From: Isoptericola halotolerans
GTDB taxonomy: Bacteria > Actinomycetota > Actinomycetes > Actinomycetales > Cellulomonadaceae
Length of the DNA: 64,000 nucleotides
Assembly: GCF_013149785.1 (NCBI RefSeq)
Contig: NZ_JABEZU010000002.1
Location: 744,001 to 808,000, forward strand
Direction of reading: 5' to 3'
Part shown: positions 49,036-63,737 of the stretch, one piece after another
Layout: every line of letters starts with the position of its first letter
Position numbering within the stretch: the stretch's first letter is position 1
Position numbers and translations under genes: made by a program
Notes under the pieces: generated by a model
Database searches by the model: none
Told to the model about the DNA's origin: nothing
What the model saw: only the letters and a program-made list of their open reading frames with translations

Positions 49036-49827
49036 TTGCTCGCCGCCTCTGACGAGGACGGCGGCTTCCACGCCCCATCGATCGCGGAGTTCTTCCCCGA
49101 GGCGATCCTGTTCGCGGGCACGCCCTTCGAGTTCAACCGGATCCACCTGATCCGGATCATCGCGGCCGTCGTCCTCCTGACGATCTTCGTGCTGGCGGCC
49201 CGTCGGGCCAAGCTGGTGCCCGGGCGGTTCCAGAACGTCATCGAGATGATCCTGGACTTCGTCCGCAAGAACATCGTCGAGGACATCATGGGCTCCGAGC
49301 GTGCGCGCCGGTACGTGCCGATGATCACGACGATCTTCGTGACGATCCTCGCGTTCAACCTCACGGGTGTGATCCCGTTCCTCAACCTGGCGGGCACCTC
49401 GGTGGCCGGTGTGGCGATCCTCCTGGCGCTGTGGGTCTTCGTGGCCTACTGGGCCGCGGGCATCCGTCAGCACGGGTTCTTCGGCTACCTGCGGGCCAAC
49501 ATGTTCCCGCCCGGTGTGCCGGCGCCGATCTACGTGATCCTCGCGCCGATCGAGCTGCTGCAGATCCTCATCATCCGACCGGCCTCGCTGGTCCTGCGTC
49601 TCACGGCCAACATGGTGGCCGGGCACATCATCCTCGTGCTCTGCTTCGCCGCGACGCACTACCTGCTGCTCGAGGCGACACCGGCGCTCAAGCCCATCGC
49701 GGCGCTGACCTTCGTCGGTGCCATCGCCGTCACCCTCTTCGAGGTCTTCGTCGCGCTGCTCCAGGCCTACATCTTCGCCCTTCTCGCCTCCGTGTACATC
49801 AACATGTCGCTGGAGGAGGAGCACTGA
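49036..49827 (+). CDS. atpB: ATP synthase subunit a
   Basis: RPASLVLRLTANMVAGH, LQAYIF; start uncertain. Confidence 0.95.
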   Translation: MLAASDEDGGFHAPSIAEFFPEAILFAGTPFEFNRIHLIRIIAAVVLLTIFVLAARRAKLVPGRFQNVIEMILDFVRKNIVEDIMGSERARRYVPMITTIFVTILAFNLTGVIPFLNLAGTSVAGVAILLALWVFVAYWAAGIRQHGFFGYLRANMFPPGVPAPIYVILAPIELLQILIIRPASLVLRLTANMVAGHIILVLCFAATHYLLLEATPALKPIAALTFVGAIAVTLFEVFVALLQAYIFALLASVYINMSLEEEH

Positions 49828-50713
<886 letters not shown>

Positions 50714-50714
<1 letters not shown>

Positions 50715-51529
50715 TGCGAGGAACGAGCGGAGCATCGCTGGCCGCCGCTCAGGAGCGGTTCGAGCCGGTGCTGCGATCTGCGGCCGGCGAGGGCCTGGCA
50801 CTCGGCGAGCAGCTGTTCGCCGTGGTGACGGCGCTCGACGGGTCCGGTGCGCTGCGCCGCTCGCTCGCGGATCCGTCGCGGGACGGCGAGGACAAGGCTC
50901 GCGTGGTGTCGGCCGTGCTCGCCGGCCGTTTCGACGAGCGTGTCGTCGACCTCGTGTCGGGCCTGGCCCGGTCGCGCTGGTCGCACGACGCCGACCTGGT
51001 CGACGCCGTGGAACGGCTCGCCCTGGACGCGACGCTCGCAGCGGCCGAGTCGCGGGGCGTCCTCGAGACGGTGGAGGACGAGCTGTTCCGCCTCACGCGG
51101 TCCCTGGTGGGGCAGCGTGAGGCCAAGCAGGCGTTGTCCGACGAGTCGTCGGCGCCGGCCCGCCGGGTGGCGCTGGCCGACGCCCTGGTCGAGGGCAAGG
51201 TCGACGAGGTCACGCTGGTGCTCGTCCGCCGTGCGGCGACCTCGCTGCGTGGCCGCCGGTTCGTGCCGACGCTCACGTGGTACGGGTCGGTGGCGGCGGA
51301 GCGTCGTCATCGCCTGGTGGCCTCGGTCACCAGCGGCTCGGTGCTGACCGAGGCGCAGGAGCAGCGCCTCGGCGCGATCCTCGAGCGGGCCTACGGCCGG
51401 CCCGTGCAGCTCAACGTGTCGGTCGACCCGGCCGTCGTGGGTGGGCTGCGTATCCAGGTCGGCGCTGACGTCGTCGACTCCACCGTGCTGTCCCGCCTGG
51501 CTGACGCCCGTCGCCGGCTGGCCGGCTGA
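50714..51529 (+). CDS. atpH: ATP synthase subunit delta
   Basis: RWS motif, VDPAVVGGLRIQVG. Confidence 0.94.
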
Positions 51530-51608
51530 TCCATTCGACGCCCAGCCGGCCACCGGTCGGCGCAGATGAACGTTCGGTCGCTGCGGCGGCCACGACAGGA
51601 GAAGAGCA

Positions 51609-53237
51609 ATGGCTGAGCTGACGATCAGGCCGGAGGAGATCCGCGCCGCTCTGGACAGCTTCGTGAAGTCCTACGAGCCCGAGGGCGCGGTGACCGAGGA
51701 GGTCGGTCGCGTCACCTTCGCCGCCGACGGTATCGCCCGTGTCGAGGGCCTGCCCGGCGCGATGGCGAACGAGCTGCTTCGTTTCGAGGACGGCACGCTC
51801 GGCCTCGCGCTGAACCTGGACGTGCGCGAGATCGGTGTCGTCGTCCTGGGCGAGTTCACCGGCATCGAGGAGGGCCAGGAGGTCCGCCGCACCGGTGAGG
51901 TCCTGTCCGTCCCGGTCGGTGAGGGGTACCTCGGTCGCGTCGTCGACCCGCTGGGCAACCCCATCGACGGACTCGGCGAGATCGAGACCGACGGGCGCCG
52001 TGCGCTCGAGCTGCAGGCGCCGGGCGTGATGCAGCGCAAGTCGGTGCACGAGCCGCTGCAGACCGGCATCAAGGCGATCGACTCGATGATCCCCGTGGGC
52101 CGCGGTCAGCGGCAGCTCATCATCGGTGACCGCCAGACCGGCAAGACGGCGATCGCGGTCGACACGATCATCAACCAGAAGGCCAACTGGGAGTCGGGCG
52201 ACCCGACGAAGCAGGTCCGCTGCATCTACGTCGCGATCGGCCAGAAGGGTTCGACGATCGCCTCGGTGCGCGGCGCGCTCGAGGAGGCCGGCGCGCTGGA
52301 CTACACCACGATCGTGGCGGCCCCGGCGTCCGACCCTGCCGGCTTCAAGTACCTGGCGCCGTACACCGGCTCGGCCATCGGCCAGCACTGGATGTACGAC
52401 GGCAAGCACGTCCTGATCATCTTCGACGACCTGTCGAAGCAGGCCGACGCCTACCGTGCGGTCTCGCTCCTGCTGCGCCGCCCGCCGGGCCGCGAGGCCT
52501 ACCCGGGTGACGTGTTCTACCTGCACTCCCGTCTGCTCGAGCGTTGCGCCAAGCTCTCGGACGAGCTCGGAGCGGGCTCGATGACCGGTCTGCCGATCAT
52601 CGAGACCAAGGCGAACGACGTGTCCGCCTTCATCCCGACCAACGTCATCTCCATCACGGACGGGCAGATCTTCCTGCAGTCCGACCTCTTCAACGCCGAC
52701 CAGCGTCCGGCGGTCGACGTCGGTATCTCCGTCTCCCGAGTCGGTGGTGACGCGCAGGTCAAGGCGATGAAGAAGGTCTCCGGCACGCTGAAGCTCGAGC
52801 TGGCGCAGTACCGGTCGCTCGAGGCCTTCGCGATGTTCGCGTCCGACCTCGACGCCGCGTCGCGCGGCCAGCTCGCCCGTGGTGCGGTGCTCATGGAGCT
52901 GCTCAAGCAGCCCCAGTACACCCCGTACCCGGTCGAGGAGCAGGTGGCGTCGATCTGGGCCGGGACGAAGGGCCGCCTCGACGACGTCCCCGTCCCGGAC
53001 GTCAAGCGGTTCGAGTCCGAGCTCATCGACCACCTGCGCCGCAACACGGACGTCTTCGAGACGATCGTCGCGTCGGGCAAGCTGGAGCAGGAGACCGAGG
53101 ACGCCCTCGCGGCCGCGGTGGACGACTTCCGCAACGGCTTCCTCAAGGGCGACGGCACCCCGCTCGTCGGCGGCGAGGACGCGGTGGCGGAGTCCGAGGT
53201 CGAGCAGGAGCAGCTCGTCGTGAAGAAGAAGGCCTGA
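51609..53237 (+). CDS. atpA: ATP synthase subunit alpha
   Basis: [23 protein letters not shown]. Confidence 0.98.
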   Translation: MAELTIRPEEIRAALDSFVKSYEPEGAVTEEVGRVTFAADGIARVEGLPGAMANELLRFEDGTLGLALNLDVREIGVVVLGEFTGIEEGQEVRRTGEVLSVPVGEGYLGRVVDPLGNPIDGLGEIETDGRRALELQAPGVMQRKSVHEPLQTGIKAIDSMIPVGRGQRQLIIGDRQTGKTAIAVDTIINQKANWESGDPTKQVRCIYVAIGQKGSTIASVRGALEEAGALDYTTIVAAPASDPAGFKYLAPYTGSAIGQHWMYDGKHVLIIFDDLSKQADAYRAVSLLLRRPPGREAYPGDVFYLHSRLLERCAKLSDELGAGSMTGLPIIETKANDVSAFIPTNVISITDGQIFLQSDLFNADQRPAVDVGISVSRVGGDAQVKAMKKVSGTLKLELAQYRSLEAFAMFASDLDAASRGQLARGAVLMELLKQPQYTPYPVEEQVASIWAGTKGRLDDVPVPDVKRFESELIDHLRRNTDVFETIVASGKLEQETEDALAAAVDDFRNGFLKGDGTPLVGGEDAVAESEVEQEQLVVKKKA

Positions 53238-53241
53238 TCGT

Positions 53242-55687
<2,446 letters not shown>

Positions 55688-55784
55688 GGTCCCGTCCGCG
55701 GACGCCCACGCACCGTCCCGCCGGCACCCTCGGTGACCGGCGGGACGGTGCCCCACCCTTGACTGAAGAACTCTGGAGCCCGAC

Positions 55785-56072
55785 ATGGCAGAGCTGAACG
55801 TCGATCTCGTCGCTGCCGACCGCAAGGTCTGGTCCGGTGGTGCGCGTGAGGTCAGCGCCCCGTCCGCCGACGGTCAGATCGGCATCCTCGCCGGACACAC
55901 GCCGCTGCTCGCCGTGCTGCGGCCCGGCATCGTCAAGGTCTCCACGGCCCCTGGCCAGGTGGCGGTCGAGGCGCAGGTCAGCGGTGGCTTCGTCTCGGTG
56001 GACGCCGACGTCGTGACGATCGTCGTCGACGAGATCACCGAGGTCACCGGCCGCGAGAGCTCCCTGGCCTGA
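55785..56072 (+). CDS. atpC: ATP synthase subunit epsilon
   Basis: GQIGILAGHTP, VSGGF. Confidence 0.95.
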   Translation: MAELNVDLVAADRKVWSGGAREVSAPSADGQIGILAGHTPLLAVLRPGIVKVSTAPGQVAVEAQVSGGFVSVDADVVTIVVDEITEVTGRESSLA

Positions 56073-56084
56073 GGCGGGGCTCTC

Positions 56085-56501
56085 GTGGGGTATGCGCTCG
56101 GGGTCGTCATCGCGGTCGCGGTGGTGCTCGCCCTGGTGCTGGTACTGGGGGCGTCCCGCCTGCGGACGCTCTCGCGCCGCGTCGGCTCGTTCCAGTGCGG
56201 TGCGCGACCGGCGCGACCTCAGGCACCGTGGTCCGCAGGGATCGCCCAGTACGGGGTCGGGAGGATCGACTGGTGGCGCTGCTGGTCGCTCGCGCCCAGG
56301 CCCGCCCGTACCTGGCACCGGGACCGGCTGACGGTGACGGGCCGCGCGCCGCTCGACCAGGCCGGTCAGGTTGATCAGTACCTGGTCCGCTGCCGGTACG
56401 ACGACGTCGACTTCGAGCTGACGATGTCGTCCGGCGCGTACGCGGGTCTCGCGTCCTGGCTCGAGTCCGCTCCGCCAGGGCGACGGGGTCTCGTCGTCTG
56501 A
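56085..56501 (+). CDS. DUF2550 family membrane protein
   Basis: N-terminal TM, GSFQC, WLESAPPG; conserved after atpC. Confidence 0.85.
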   Translation: MGYALGVVIAVAVVLALVLVLGASRLRTLSRRVGSFQCGARPARPQAPWSAGIAQYGVGRIDWWRCWSLAPRPARTWHRDRLTVTGRAPLDQAGQVDQYLVRCRYDDVDFELTMSSGAYAGLASWLESAPPGRRGLVV

Positions 56502-56525
56502 CCGACCAGCCCACGAAGGAGGACC

Positions 56526-57221
56526 GTGCGACTCGTCGTCGCTCGATGCTCGGCCCGGTACACGGGCCGGTTGACCGCCCATCTCCCGCTCGCCGTCCGG
56601 CTCCTGGTCGTCAAGAGCGACGGGAGCGTCCTGCTGCACTCCGACGGCGGTTCGTACAAGCCGTTGAACTGGATGAGCCCGCCGTGCTCGATGGCGGTGG
56701 CGGAGCCGGAGCCGGCGGCCGTCGACCGCGGCGTGACCGAGGTCTGGACCGTCCAGCACCAGAAGTCGGACGATCGCCTCGAGATCGAGCTCCATGAGGT
56801 GCACCACGACTCCACGCACGATCTCGGCGTCGACCCGGGGCTGGTGAAGGACGGTGTGGAGGCTCATCTGCAGGAGCTGCTCGCCGCGCAGATCGAGCTG
56901 CTCGGAGCAGGGCACACCCTGGTGCGCCGGGAGTACATGACCGCGATCGGTCCCGTCGACATCCTGGCCCGGGACGGCGACGGCGGTACGGTCGCCGTCG
57001 AGCTGAAGCGACGGGGTGACATCGACGGTGTGGAGCAGCTGACGCGGTACCTGGAGCTGCTCAACCGGGACCCGCTGCTGGCACCCGTGCGCGGGGTGTT
57101 CGCCGCGCAGGAGATCAAGCCGCAGGCGAGGGTGCTCGCGACGGACCGGGGGATCGGCTGCCTCGTGCTGGACTACGACGCGATGCGCGGCGTCGACGAC
57201 CCGGGGTCACGTCTCTTCTGA
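56526..57221 (+). CDS. nucS: Mismatch-specific endonuclease NucS
   Basis: [36 protein letters not shown]. Confidence 0.96.
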   Translation: MRLVVARCSARYTGRLTAHLPLAVRLLVVKSDGSVLLHSDGGSYKPLNWMSPPCSMAVAEPEPAAVDRGVTEVWTVQHQKSDDRLEIELHEVHHDSTHDLGVDPGLVKDGVEAHLQELLAAQIELLGAGHTLVRREYMTAIGPVDILARDGDGGTVAVELKRRGDIDGVEQLTRYLELLNRDPLLAPVRGVFAAQEIKPQARVLATDRGIGCLVLDYDAMRGVDDPGSRLF

Positions 57222-57282
57222 CCACCGCCTCACTTTGTGAGGCAAGCTTCGTTATTGCTCGCTCGTGGTGCAGGATGGACAC

Positions 57283-58554
57283 ATGGCCCACTCCGCACCG
57301 CCTGCCGAGCCACCGGAGGCTCCCAGCGCCCCCGAGGTCTTCGCCGTCCGGGGCGACGTCGTCACGCCGACGGCTCTCGTCCCTGACGGCGCGGTGGTCG
57401 TCGCCGGGGACAGGATCGTCTGGGCAGGCCCGCTCGAGGACGCCCCCGCGGCGGGTGTCGGCGACGCCGTGCGTGCTGCGCCGGAGCCCGCGCCCGGCAC
57501 CCACGTCCTCCCGGGGCTCGTGGACCTCCACGACCACGGCGGTGGTGGCGCGAGCTTCCCGGACGCCACCACCTACGCCGAGGCGTTGATCGCCGTCCGG
57601 CAGCACCGCAGCCAGGGAACGACCACGCTGCTCGCGTCCCTCGTCACGGCCGACCGTGCCGTCCTCCTCGAACGTGCCGCGCTCCTGGCCGACCTGGCCG
57701 ACGACGGCGAGATCGCCGGCATCCACGCCGAAGGCCCGTTCCTCGCTCCGGAGCGACGGGGTGCGCACGACCCGGCCCACCTGCTGACGGGCGACGTGAC
57801 CCTCGTGCGCGAGCTGGTCGAGGTCTCCCGCGGGCACCTGCGCACCATGACCGTCGCGCCGGACGTCGAGGGCGTGCGCGGCCCGGGTGGCGTCGCTGAC
57901 GCCCTCGTGCGGGCGGGGGTGATCCCCTCGATCGGCCACACGGACGCCAGCACCGACCAGGCAGAAGAGCTGATCGCGCAGGTCGTCGCGGCGTTGGCCG
58001 CGGCTCCTGGGCCCTCACGCAGGATGACGGCGACCCATCTCTTCAACGCCATGAAGCCGCTCCACCACCGGGACGCCGGACCCATCCCGGCCTGCCTGGC
58101 GGCAGCCCGTCGTGGCGACCTGGTCGTCGAGCTGATCGGCGACGGCGTCCACCTCGATCCCGCCGTGGTGCGGACCGTGGTGCAGACCGTCGGCGTCGAC
58201 CAGACGGTGCTGGTGACGGACGCGATGGCCGCTGCCGGGATGTCGGACGGGGCCTACGACCTCGGGCCGATGTCCGTCGCGGTGACGGACGGTGTCGCAC
58301 GCGTCGTGGACGCGGCGCACCCCGAGGGCGGGCCCATCGCCGGTGGCACCGCGCACCTCGTCGACGTGGTGCGCTCGACCGTCGCGGCGGGGGTCCCGCT
58401 CGTGGCCGCCGTGCGCAGCGCGTCGTGGGTGCCGGCAGGGGTGCTGGGGCTCGACGACGTCGGGGGCATCGTCGCCGGCCGACGGGCCGACCTCGTGGTC
58501 ACCGATCGCGGCCTGGTGGTGCACGAGGTGTGGCGCGGCGGTCGGCGGGTCTGA
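57283..58554 (+). CDS. nagA: N-acetylglucosamine-6-phosphate deacetylase
   Basis: PGLVDLHDHG, HAEGPFL, GHT, THLFNAM, DGVH, VTDAM. Confidence 0.92.
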   Translation: MAHSAPPAEPPEAPSAPEVFAVRGDVVTPTALVPDGAVVVAGDRIVWAGPLEDAPAAGVGDAVRAAPEPAPGTHVLPGLVDLHDHGGGGASFPDATTYAEALIAVRQHRSQGTTTLLASLVTADRAVLLERAALLADLADDGEIAGIHAEGPFLAPERRGAHDPAHLLTGDVTLVRELVEVSRGHLRTMTVAPDVEGVRGPGGVADALVRAGVIPSIGHTDASTDQAEELIAQVVAALAAAPGPSRRMTATHLFNAMKPLHHRDAGPIPACLAAARRGDLVVELIGDGVHLDPAVVRTVVQTVGVDQTVLVTDAMAAAGMSDGAYDLGPMSVAVTDGVARVVDAAHPEGGPIAGGTAHLVDVVRSTVAAGVPLVAAVRSASWVPAGVLGLDDVGGIVAGRRADLVVTDRGLVVHEVWRGGRRV

Positions 58555-58601
58555 GCGGCCGCGCGGCACGTTGCCCGGAGCCCACCGACATCGGTAGCGT
58601 A

Positions 58602-58619
58602 CGTCGAAGCGCTTCGACG
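58602..58619. promoter_or_regulatory. LacI-family operator
   Basis: Perfect palindrome CGTCGAAGCGCTTCGACG just after a -10-like TAGCGT (58595-58600). Confidence 0.75.
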
Positions 58620-58665
58620 CGCCGAGACACCGATCAGGCCGCACCGCTGCGGCTGGAGGAGACCC

Positions 58666-61182
58666 ATGGACGTGCCACCGTTCCGCGACCACCGGCTGCC
58701 GGCACCGGAGCGTGCCCGCGACCTGCTCTCCCGGCTGACCCCCGACGAGCGCGTGGCGATGCTGCACCAGCGCATGCCCGCCGTCGACCGGCTGGGCCTC
58801 GCCGCCTTCCACACGGGCTGCGAGGCCCTGCACGGCGTCGCCTGGCTCGGCCGGGCCACCGTGTTCCCCCAGCCCGTCGGCCTCGCCACGACCTGGGACC
58901 CGGACCTGCTGCGGCGCATCGGCGACGCGGTGGCCACGGAGGTGCGGGCGAAGCACGCGGCCGACCCGACGGTCAGCCTCAACGTGTGGGCGCCCGTCGT
59001 CAACACCCTGCGCCACCCGGGATGGGGCAGGAACGAGGAGGGCTACTCCGAGGACCCGCACCTCACCGCCCACCTGGCCACGGCCTACTGCCGGGGGCTG
59101 CGCGGTGACCACGACCGGGTCTGGAAGACCGCCCCGACGCTGAAGCACTTCCTGGCGTACAACAACGAGACCGACCGGTCCTCCACCAGCTCCGACCTGA
59201 GCGCGCGGACCCTGCACGAGGAGGAGCTCCCCGCGTTCCGCGAGCCGGTCGTCTCGGGCGCGGTCGCGGCCGTGATGCTCGCCTACAACAAGGTCGACGA
59301 GGTGCCGGCGCACCTGCGGGCGGACCTGCTCGCGGAGCTGAGGTCCTGGACGGACCGGTCGCTCGCCGTGGTCTCCGACGCAGCGGCCCCGACCTTCGTC
59401 GTCACCGTGCAGCACGCGTTCCCGGACCGTGCGAGCGGCAACGCGGCCGTGCTGCGCGCCGGTGTGGACTCCTTCACCGACGACGACGCCGACCCCGCCC
59501 CGACGATCGCGCGGGCCGAGGAGGCGCTGGCACGGGGGTTGATGAGCAGGGAGGACGTCGACCGCGCCGTCCTCCGGCTGCTCGAGCTGCGGGTGCTCAC
59601 CGGCGAGCTCGACGGCGACGACGACCCGTACGCCACCGTCGACGCGGACGCGATCGACCTGCCGGAGCACCGGTCCCTCGCCCGCGAGGCCGCGACCCGG
59701 TCCGTGGTGGTGCTGCGCAACGACGCGGGGCTCCTGCCCCTGGCTCCCACGGGATCCGTGGCCGTCGTGGGCCCGCTCGCCGGCGCCGTGCTCACCGACT
59801 GGTACTCCGGCACGCCGCCGTACGGCGTCGGCGTCGCGGACGCCCTGCGGGAGCGCTTCGGGGCGTCCTCCGTGGTGGAGGCGTCCGGTGCCGACGTCGT
59901 CGCGCTGCGTTCGGTCGGCGCAGCACGCTACGTGACGGTCTCCGGGAGCGGCGACCGTGTGGTCGCCGACGGGGTCGAGGTGGAGCAGAGCTGCCTGTTC
60001 GAGGTCACCGACTGGGGCGACGGCGTGCTCACCCTGCGGTCGCGGCGCACCGGTCGACTGCTCACCGGCGGGTCGTGGCCCGTGCGCGCCGACGCCGAAC
60101 GCGTCGGCGGCTGGGTGGCCCAGGAGGCCTTCCGGCGGCACGTCCACCCCGACGGCACCTGGTCGCTGCTGCACCTCGGGTCGGGCCGGTGGCTGCGCAC
60201 CCAGCGGGGGACCGGCGTGCTGTGCGCCGAAGGCGTCACCACCGTGGACGCCGACCGGTTCGTCCCCCGTCTGCTGGAGTCCGGCACGGCCGTGGTGGCG
60301 GACGCCGCGTCCCGGTGCGACGCCGTCGTCGTCGCCGTCGGGAACGACCCGCACCTCAACGGGCGCGAGACGCAGGACCGACCCGACCTGTTCCTGCCCG
60401 ACGCCGCCGTCGAGATCTGGCAGGCGGCCGTCGAGGCCAACCCTCGTGCCGTGCTCGCCCTCGTCTCGAGCTACCCGTACGTCCTCGGTCCCGTGGCCGG
60501 GCGCGCCGAGACGGTCGTCTGGAGCAGCCACGGTGGCCAGGAGCTGGGCCACGGCGTCGCCGACGTCCTGGTCGGCGCCGTGGAGCCGACGGGGCGGCTG
60601 GCGCAGACCTGGCCGGCCCGGCCGGAGCAGGCCGGTGACCTCTTCGACTACGACGTCCGCGAGCAGCAGGTGACGTACCGTCACCTGCCGTCGACGGACC
60701 CCGGGAGGCCGGCGTTCCCGTTCGGGCACGGTCTGACCTACGGGGACGTGGCCTACGACGGACTGGCGCTCTCGGCGAGCGTCGTCGAGGCCCCGGCCGC
60801 CACCCGGGCCCACCCACCGCTGCACCCCGAGGACCTCGAGTCCCCGAGCGTCGTCACCGCGCGGGTGCGCGTGCGCAACGACGGGGCGCGCCCGGCGGAG
60901 GAGCTCGTCCAGGTCTACTCGCTGGGCTGCCCGGACGTGCCGGAGCCGACGCCGGTGCGGTTGCTGCTGGGGTTCCGGCGGGTCCGGATCGAGCCGGCGC
61001 AGGAGAGGGTGGTCGAGGTGCCGGTCGACGTCGCTCGCCTCGCCGTCTGGCGCGCCGCAGGCCCCGGACAGCTCGACGGGGCCCTGGAGGTCCAGCGCGG
61101 GACCTACCTGCTCGCCGCCGGGGCGTCGAGCGTCGAGCTGCCCGCGCGGGCCGAGCTGAGCGTCGTGGAGCCGGTGCGATGA
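58666..61182 (+). CDS. GH3 beta-glucosidase/xylosidase with an inserted beta-rich domain
   Basis: EALHG, TVFPQ, WGRNEEGYSEDP, KHF, VVSDA nucleophile, FPFGHGLTY. Confidence 0.92.
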   Translation: MDVPPFRDHRLPAPERARDLLSRLTPDERVAMLHQRMPAVDRLGLAAFHTGCEALHGVAWLGRATVFPQPVGLATTWDPDLLRRIGDAVATEVRAKHAADPTVSLNVWAPVVNTLRHPGWGRNEEGYSEDPHLTAHLATAYCRGLRGDHDRVWKTAPTLKHFLAYNNETDRSSTSSDLSARTLHEEELPAFREPVVSGAVAAVMLAYNKVDEVPAHLRADLLAELRSWTDRSLAVVSDAAAPTFVVTVQHAFPDRASGNAAVLRAGVDSFTDDDADPAPTIARAEEALARGLMSREDVDRAVLRLLELRVLTGELDGDDDPYATVDADAIDLPEHRSLAREAATRSVVVLRNDAGLLPLAPTGSVAVVGPLAGAVLTDWYSGTPPYGVGVADALRERFGASSVVEASGADVVALRSVGAARYVTVSGSGDRVVADGVEVEQSCLFEVTDWGDGVLTLRSRRTGRLLTGGSWPVRADAERVGGWVAQEAFRRHVHPDGTWSLLHLGSGRWLRTQRGTGVLCAEGVTTVDADRFVPRLLESGTAVVADAASRCDAVVVAVGNDPHLNGRETQDRPDLFLPDAAVEIWQAAVEANPRAVLALVSSYPYVLGPVAGRAETVVWSSHGGQELGHGVADVLVGAVEPTGRLAQTWPARPEQAGDLFDYDVREQQVTYRHLPSTDPGRPAFPFGHGLTYGDVAYDGLALSASVVEAPAATRAHPPLHPEDLESPSVVTARVRVRNDGARPAEELVQVYSLGCPDVPEPTPVRLLLGFRRVRIEPAQERVVEVPVDVARLAVWRAAGPGQLDGALEVQRGTYLLAAGASSVELPARAELSVVEPVR

Positions 61183-61826
61183 GGATCGACCCGGAGGGCC
61201 GCAACGCCCAGGGGATCACGACGTTCGTCCTGTTCGTGGTCCTCAACGTCCTGTACATCGTGACGTGCCTGCCGCTCGTGACGATCGGCGCGGCCACCAG
61301 CGCGCTGTACGAGGTGACGTTGCGGTACGCGGACGAGGAGCGGGGCGACCTGATCCGCGGGTACTTCCGTGCCCTGCGGAAGACCTGGTGGAGAGCCACC
61401 CTCGTCCAGCTCCTCCTGGGCGTTCCCACCGCGATGCTGGCCTTCAGCGCCGTGTTCTGGCTGACCATGGACGGGGTGGTGACGGCGGTGGCCGGCCTGC
61501 TCGCCGCGCTCGGCTCGCTGCTCGGTGCAGCGGCCCTGCTGTACGGGTTCGCGCTGGTCGCCTGGTTCGACGCCCCCTTGCGCCGCACTCTGCACAACGC
61601 CGTCCTGCTGCCCCTCGTGGAGCCGGCCCGGACCATGGGGCTCGTGCTCCTGCCGGTCACGGCGGGATGCCTGGTGTTCGTGATGCCGCAGGCCGTCGTC
61701 GTCGTGGCGACGATCGGGTTCTCCGTCGGTGCCTACGTCAGTGCTCTCGTGCTGCACGACGTCTTCCGCCGGCGGCAGGCCGACCCCTCCGAGCTGGAGC
61801 CGATCAGCCCGCACTCGGGGCAGTGA
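61179..61826 (+). CDS. YesL/DUF624 family membrane protein
   Basis: LNVLYIVTCLPLVTIGAATSALY motif; multiple TM helices. Confidence 0.85.
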   Translation: MRIDPEGRNAQGITTFVLFVVLNVLYIVTCLPLVTIGAATSALYEVTLRYADEERGDLIRGYFRALRKTWWRATLVQLLLGVPTAMLAFSAVFWLTMDGVVTAVAGLLAALGSLLGAAALLYGFALVAWFDAPLRRTLHNAVLLPLVEPARTMGLVLLPVTAGCLVFVMPQAVVVVATIGFSVGAYVSALVLHDVFRRRQADPSELEPISPHSGQ

Positions 61827-61868
61827 TCGGGCGACGTCACCGACGTCCACGGCGCGGGGCGGTGCACG

Positions 61869-61904
61869 ACGGAGGGCCTGGGCACCGGTGCCCAGGCCCT
61901 CCGT
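61869..61904. terminator. Perfect 36-bp palindrome, bidirectional terminator
   Basis: ACGGAGGGCCTGGGCACC|GGTGCCCAGGCCCTCCGT between convergent genes. Confidence 0.75.
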
Positions 61905-61949
61905 GCGATGCCGCCTCGCGGTGTCCGGTTCAGCGGACGACGGCGCAGC

Positions 61950-63707
61950 TCACCCGAACTCTGCCGCGACGGCCTCGCGGGACTCGTTCTGTGCCTGGGC
62001 GTTGGCCATGTCGAACTCGAGGACGGCCTCGTAGCCGAGACCGTTGGCGGTGTTCTGCATCGAGGTGAGCAGGCTCTCGAACTCGGCCTCGTCCTTGGCG
62101 AAGACCATCTTCCAGGAGTGCTCGATGATGGCGGCCTTGGCCTGGTTGCGGTTCGCCTCGATCTCGCTGCCGTCCGGGGGTGCGACGTAGCTCGCGCCCG
62201 GTGCGACGATCAGCTCGCCGGCGGTCTCGAGGTACTCCATGGCGGTCGTCGCACCACCCACGCGAGAGCTCCAGTCCTCGGTGAGCGGGTTCGCCACCGA
62301 CTCCTGGTAGCTCGGCCAGTAGGTGTAGCTGTAGGGGGAGTCGATCTCCGGGTTCACGTCCTTGGGCAGGACGGTGTTGATGTTGAGCGCCGACACGCCG
62401 TCCTCGTAGGCGCCGCCACCCCACTCGGCGGGCACGTCGGCGCCGCCCTCGAGGAAGACCTGCCGGCCGAAGTCGGTCAGCGCCGGCTCGCCGTCGTCGC
62501 CGAGCTCCCAGGTCAGGCCCTCCGGGCCGGCGGAGCCCATGGTCTGCGAGGAGTTGGCCATGACACCCTCGGGCGAGTACAGCCAGTCGATGAACGCCGC
62601 GAGGCGCTCGGGGTCCTCCGCGCCGGACCCGATGCCCAGGATCTGCTGACCACCGTAGACCTCGGCACCGTAGGAGAAGACCTTCTGGTCGTCCAGGGGG
62701 AGGAGCTCGAATCCCTTGCCCTCGGCCATGCGCTCCTCGGTGTTGTACGCGGACTGGCCGAGCCAGGGCCACCAGGCGAGGAGCACCTGCCCGTTCTGGT
62801 ACTTGGAGAACATCGTGTCGTAGTTCTGCGTGGTCGACTCGGGGTCGACGAGGCCCATCTGGTTGGCGTCGAAGTAGAACCTCAGCGCGCGGACGTACTC
62901 CGAGTCGGAGTCGATGATGCTCTGGTAGTCGGAGCCGTCGGCCGCTGCCAGGACGAATCCGAGCTCGTCGTACCCGTAGAGCGTGGCGGGCTGCTTGGCG
63001 GTGACCATCATGTTGCCGTCCCAGTCCCCGAAGAGCGAGATCGCATAGGTCGGCTGGCCGTTCTCGGCCTCCGGCTGCGCCCGCTGCATCTCCTGCAGGA
63101 CGGGCAGGAGGTCCTCGAGCGTCGAGACGTCCGGGTAGCCGATCTCACCGTAGAGGTCCCACCGCAGGTAGGCGCCGAACGTGGGCTCGAGGCCCTCGGA
63201 CGGCTCGGTGGGCAGCAGGGTCGAGACCGCCGTGGGGAACCCGTAGACGCCGTCGGAGCCCTCGTTGAGCTTCTCGACCGCAGGGTCGAACGGGGCGACG
63301 TTCTCCATCGACTCGTAGTAGCGCGACGCGTCGAGCAGGAGCCCGCCCTGGATGAGCTCGTCCATCTGCTGGCCCTTGTCGACGATGACGAGGTCGCCCA
63401 GGTCGCCGCCCGAGACGCGGGTGTTGTACAGCGTGTCACCCCCGCCGGCGACGTTGGGAGCGATGATGTTGAGCTCCATGTTGAACTTGTCCTCGACGAT
63501 CTTGCCGAACCACCCGGACTGGATCCCCATGTAGTTGGCCAGCCCGGAGAAGACGTCGACCGTGATGGGGTCGGCCTGCGACCAGTCCTGGTCGATGCTC
63601 ACCGCCTCGGTGGACTCGTTCTCACCTCCCGGCCCGGAGCAGGCGGTCAGGGAGAGAGCCCCGACCAGTGGTGCGACCAGGATCGCCGCTGCCTTTCTCG
63701 ACTTCAT
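61950..63707 (-). CDS. Carbohydrate ABC transporter substrate-binding lipoprotein
   Basis: Lipobox LTAC; large oligosaccharide SBP; follows a permease. Confidence 0.9.
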   Translation of the reverse strand: MKSRKAAAILVAPLVGALSLTACSGPGGENESTEAVSIDQDWSQADPITVDVFSGLANYMGIQSGWFGKIVEDKFNMELNIIAPNVAGGGDTLYNTRVSGGDLGDLVIVDKGQQMDELIQGGLLLDASRYYESMENVAPFDPAVEKLNEGSDGVYGFPTAVSTLLPTEPSEGLEPTFGAYLRWDLYGEIGYPDVSTLEDLLPVLQEMQRAQPEAENGQPTYAISLFGDWDGNMMVTAKQPATLYGYDELGFVLAAADGSDYQSIIDSDSEYVRALRFYFDANQMGLVDPESTTQNYDTMFSKYQNGQVLLAWWPWLGQSAYNTEERMAEGKGFELLPLDDQKVFSYGAEVYGGQQILGIGSGAEDPERLAAFIDWLYSPEGVMANSSQTMGSAGPEGLTWELGDDGEPALTDFGRQVFLEGGADVPAEWGGGAYEDGVSALNINTVLPKDVNPEIDSPYSYTYWPSYQESVANPLTEDWSSRVGGATTAMEYLETAGELIVAPGASYVAPPDGSEIEANRNQAKAAIIEHSWKMVFAKDEAEFESLLTSMQNTANGLGYEAVLEFDMANAQAQNESREAVAAEFG

Positions 63708-63737
63708 GACACCCCTTCGTGTTGCGTTGGCGCGCGG

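Noticed and set aside
55785..56072. Truncated ATP synthase epsilon
   Set aside because: Short epsilon subunits are common in Actinobacteria; RBS and stop look normal
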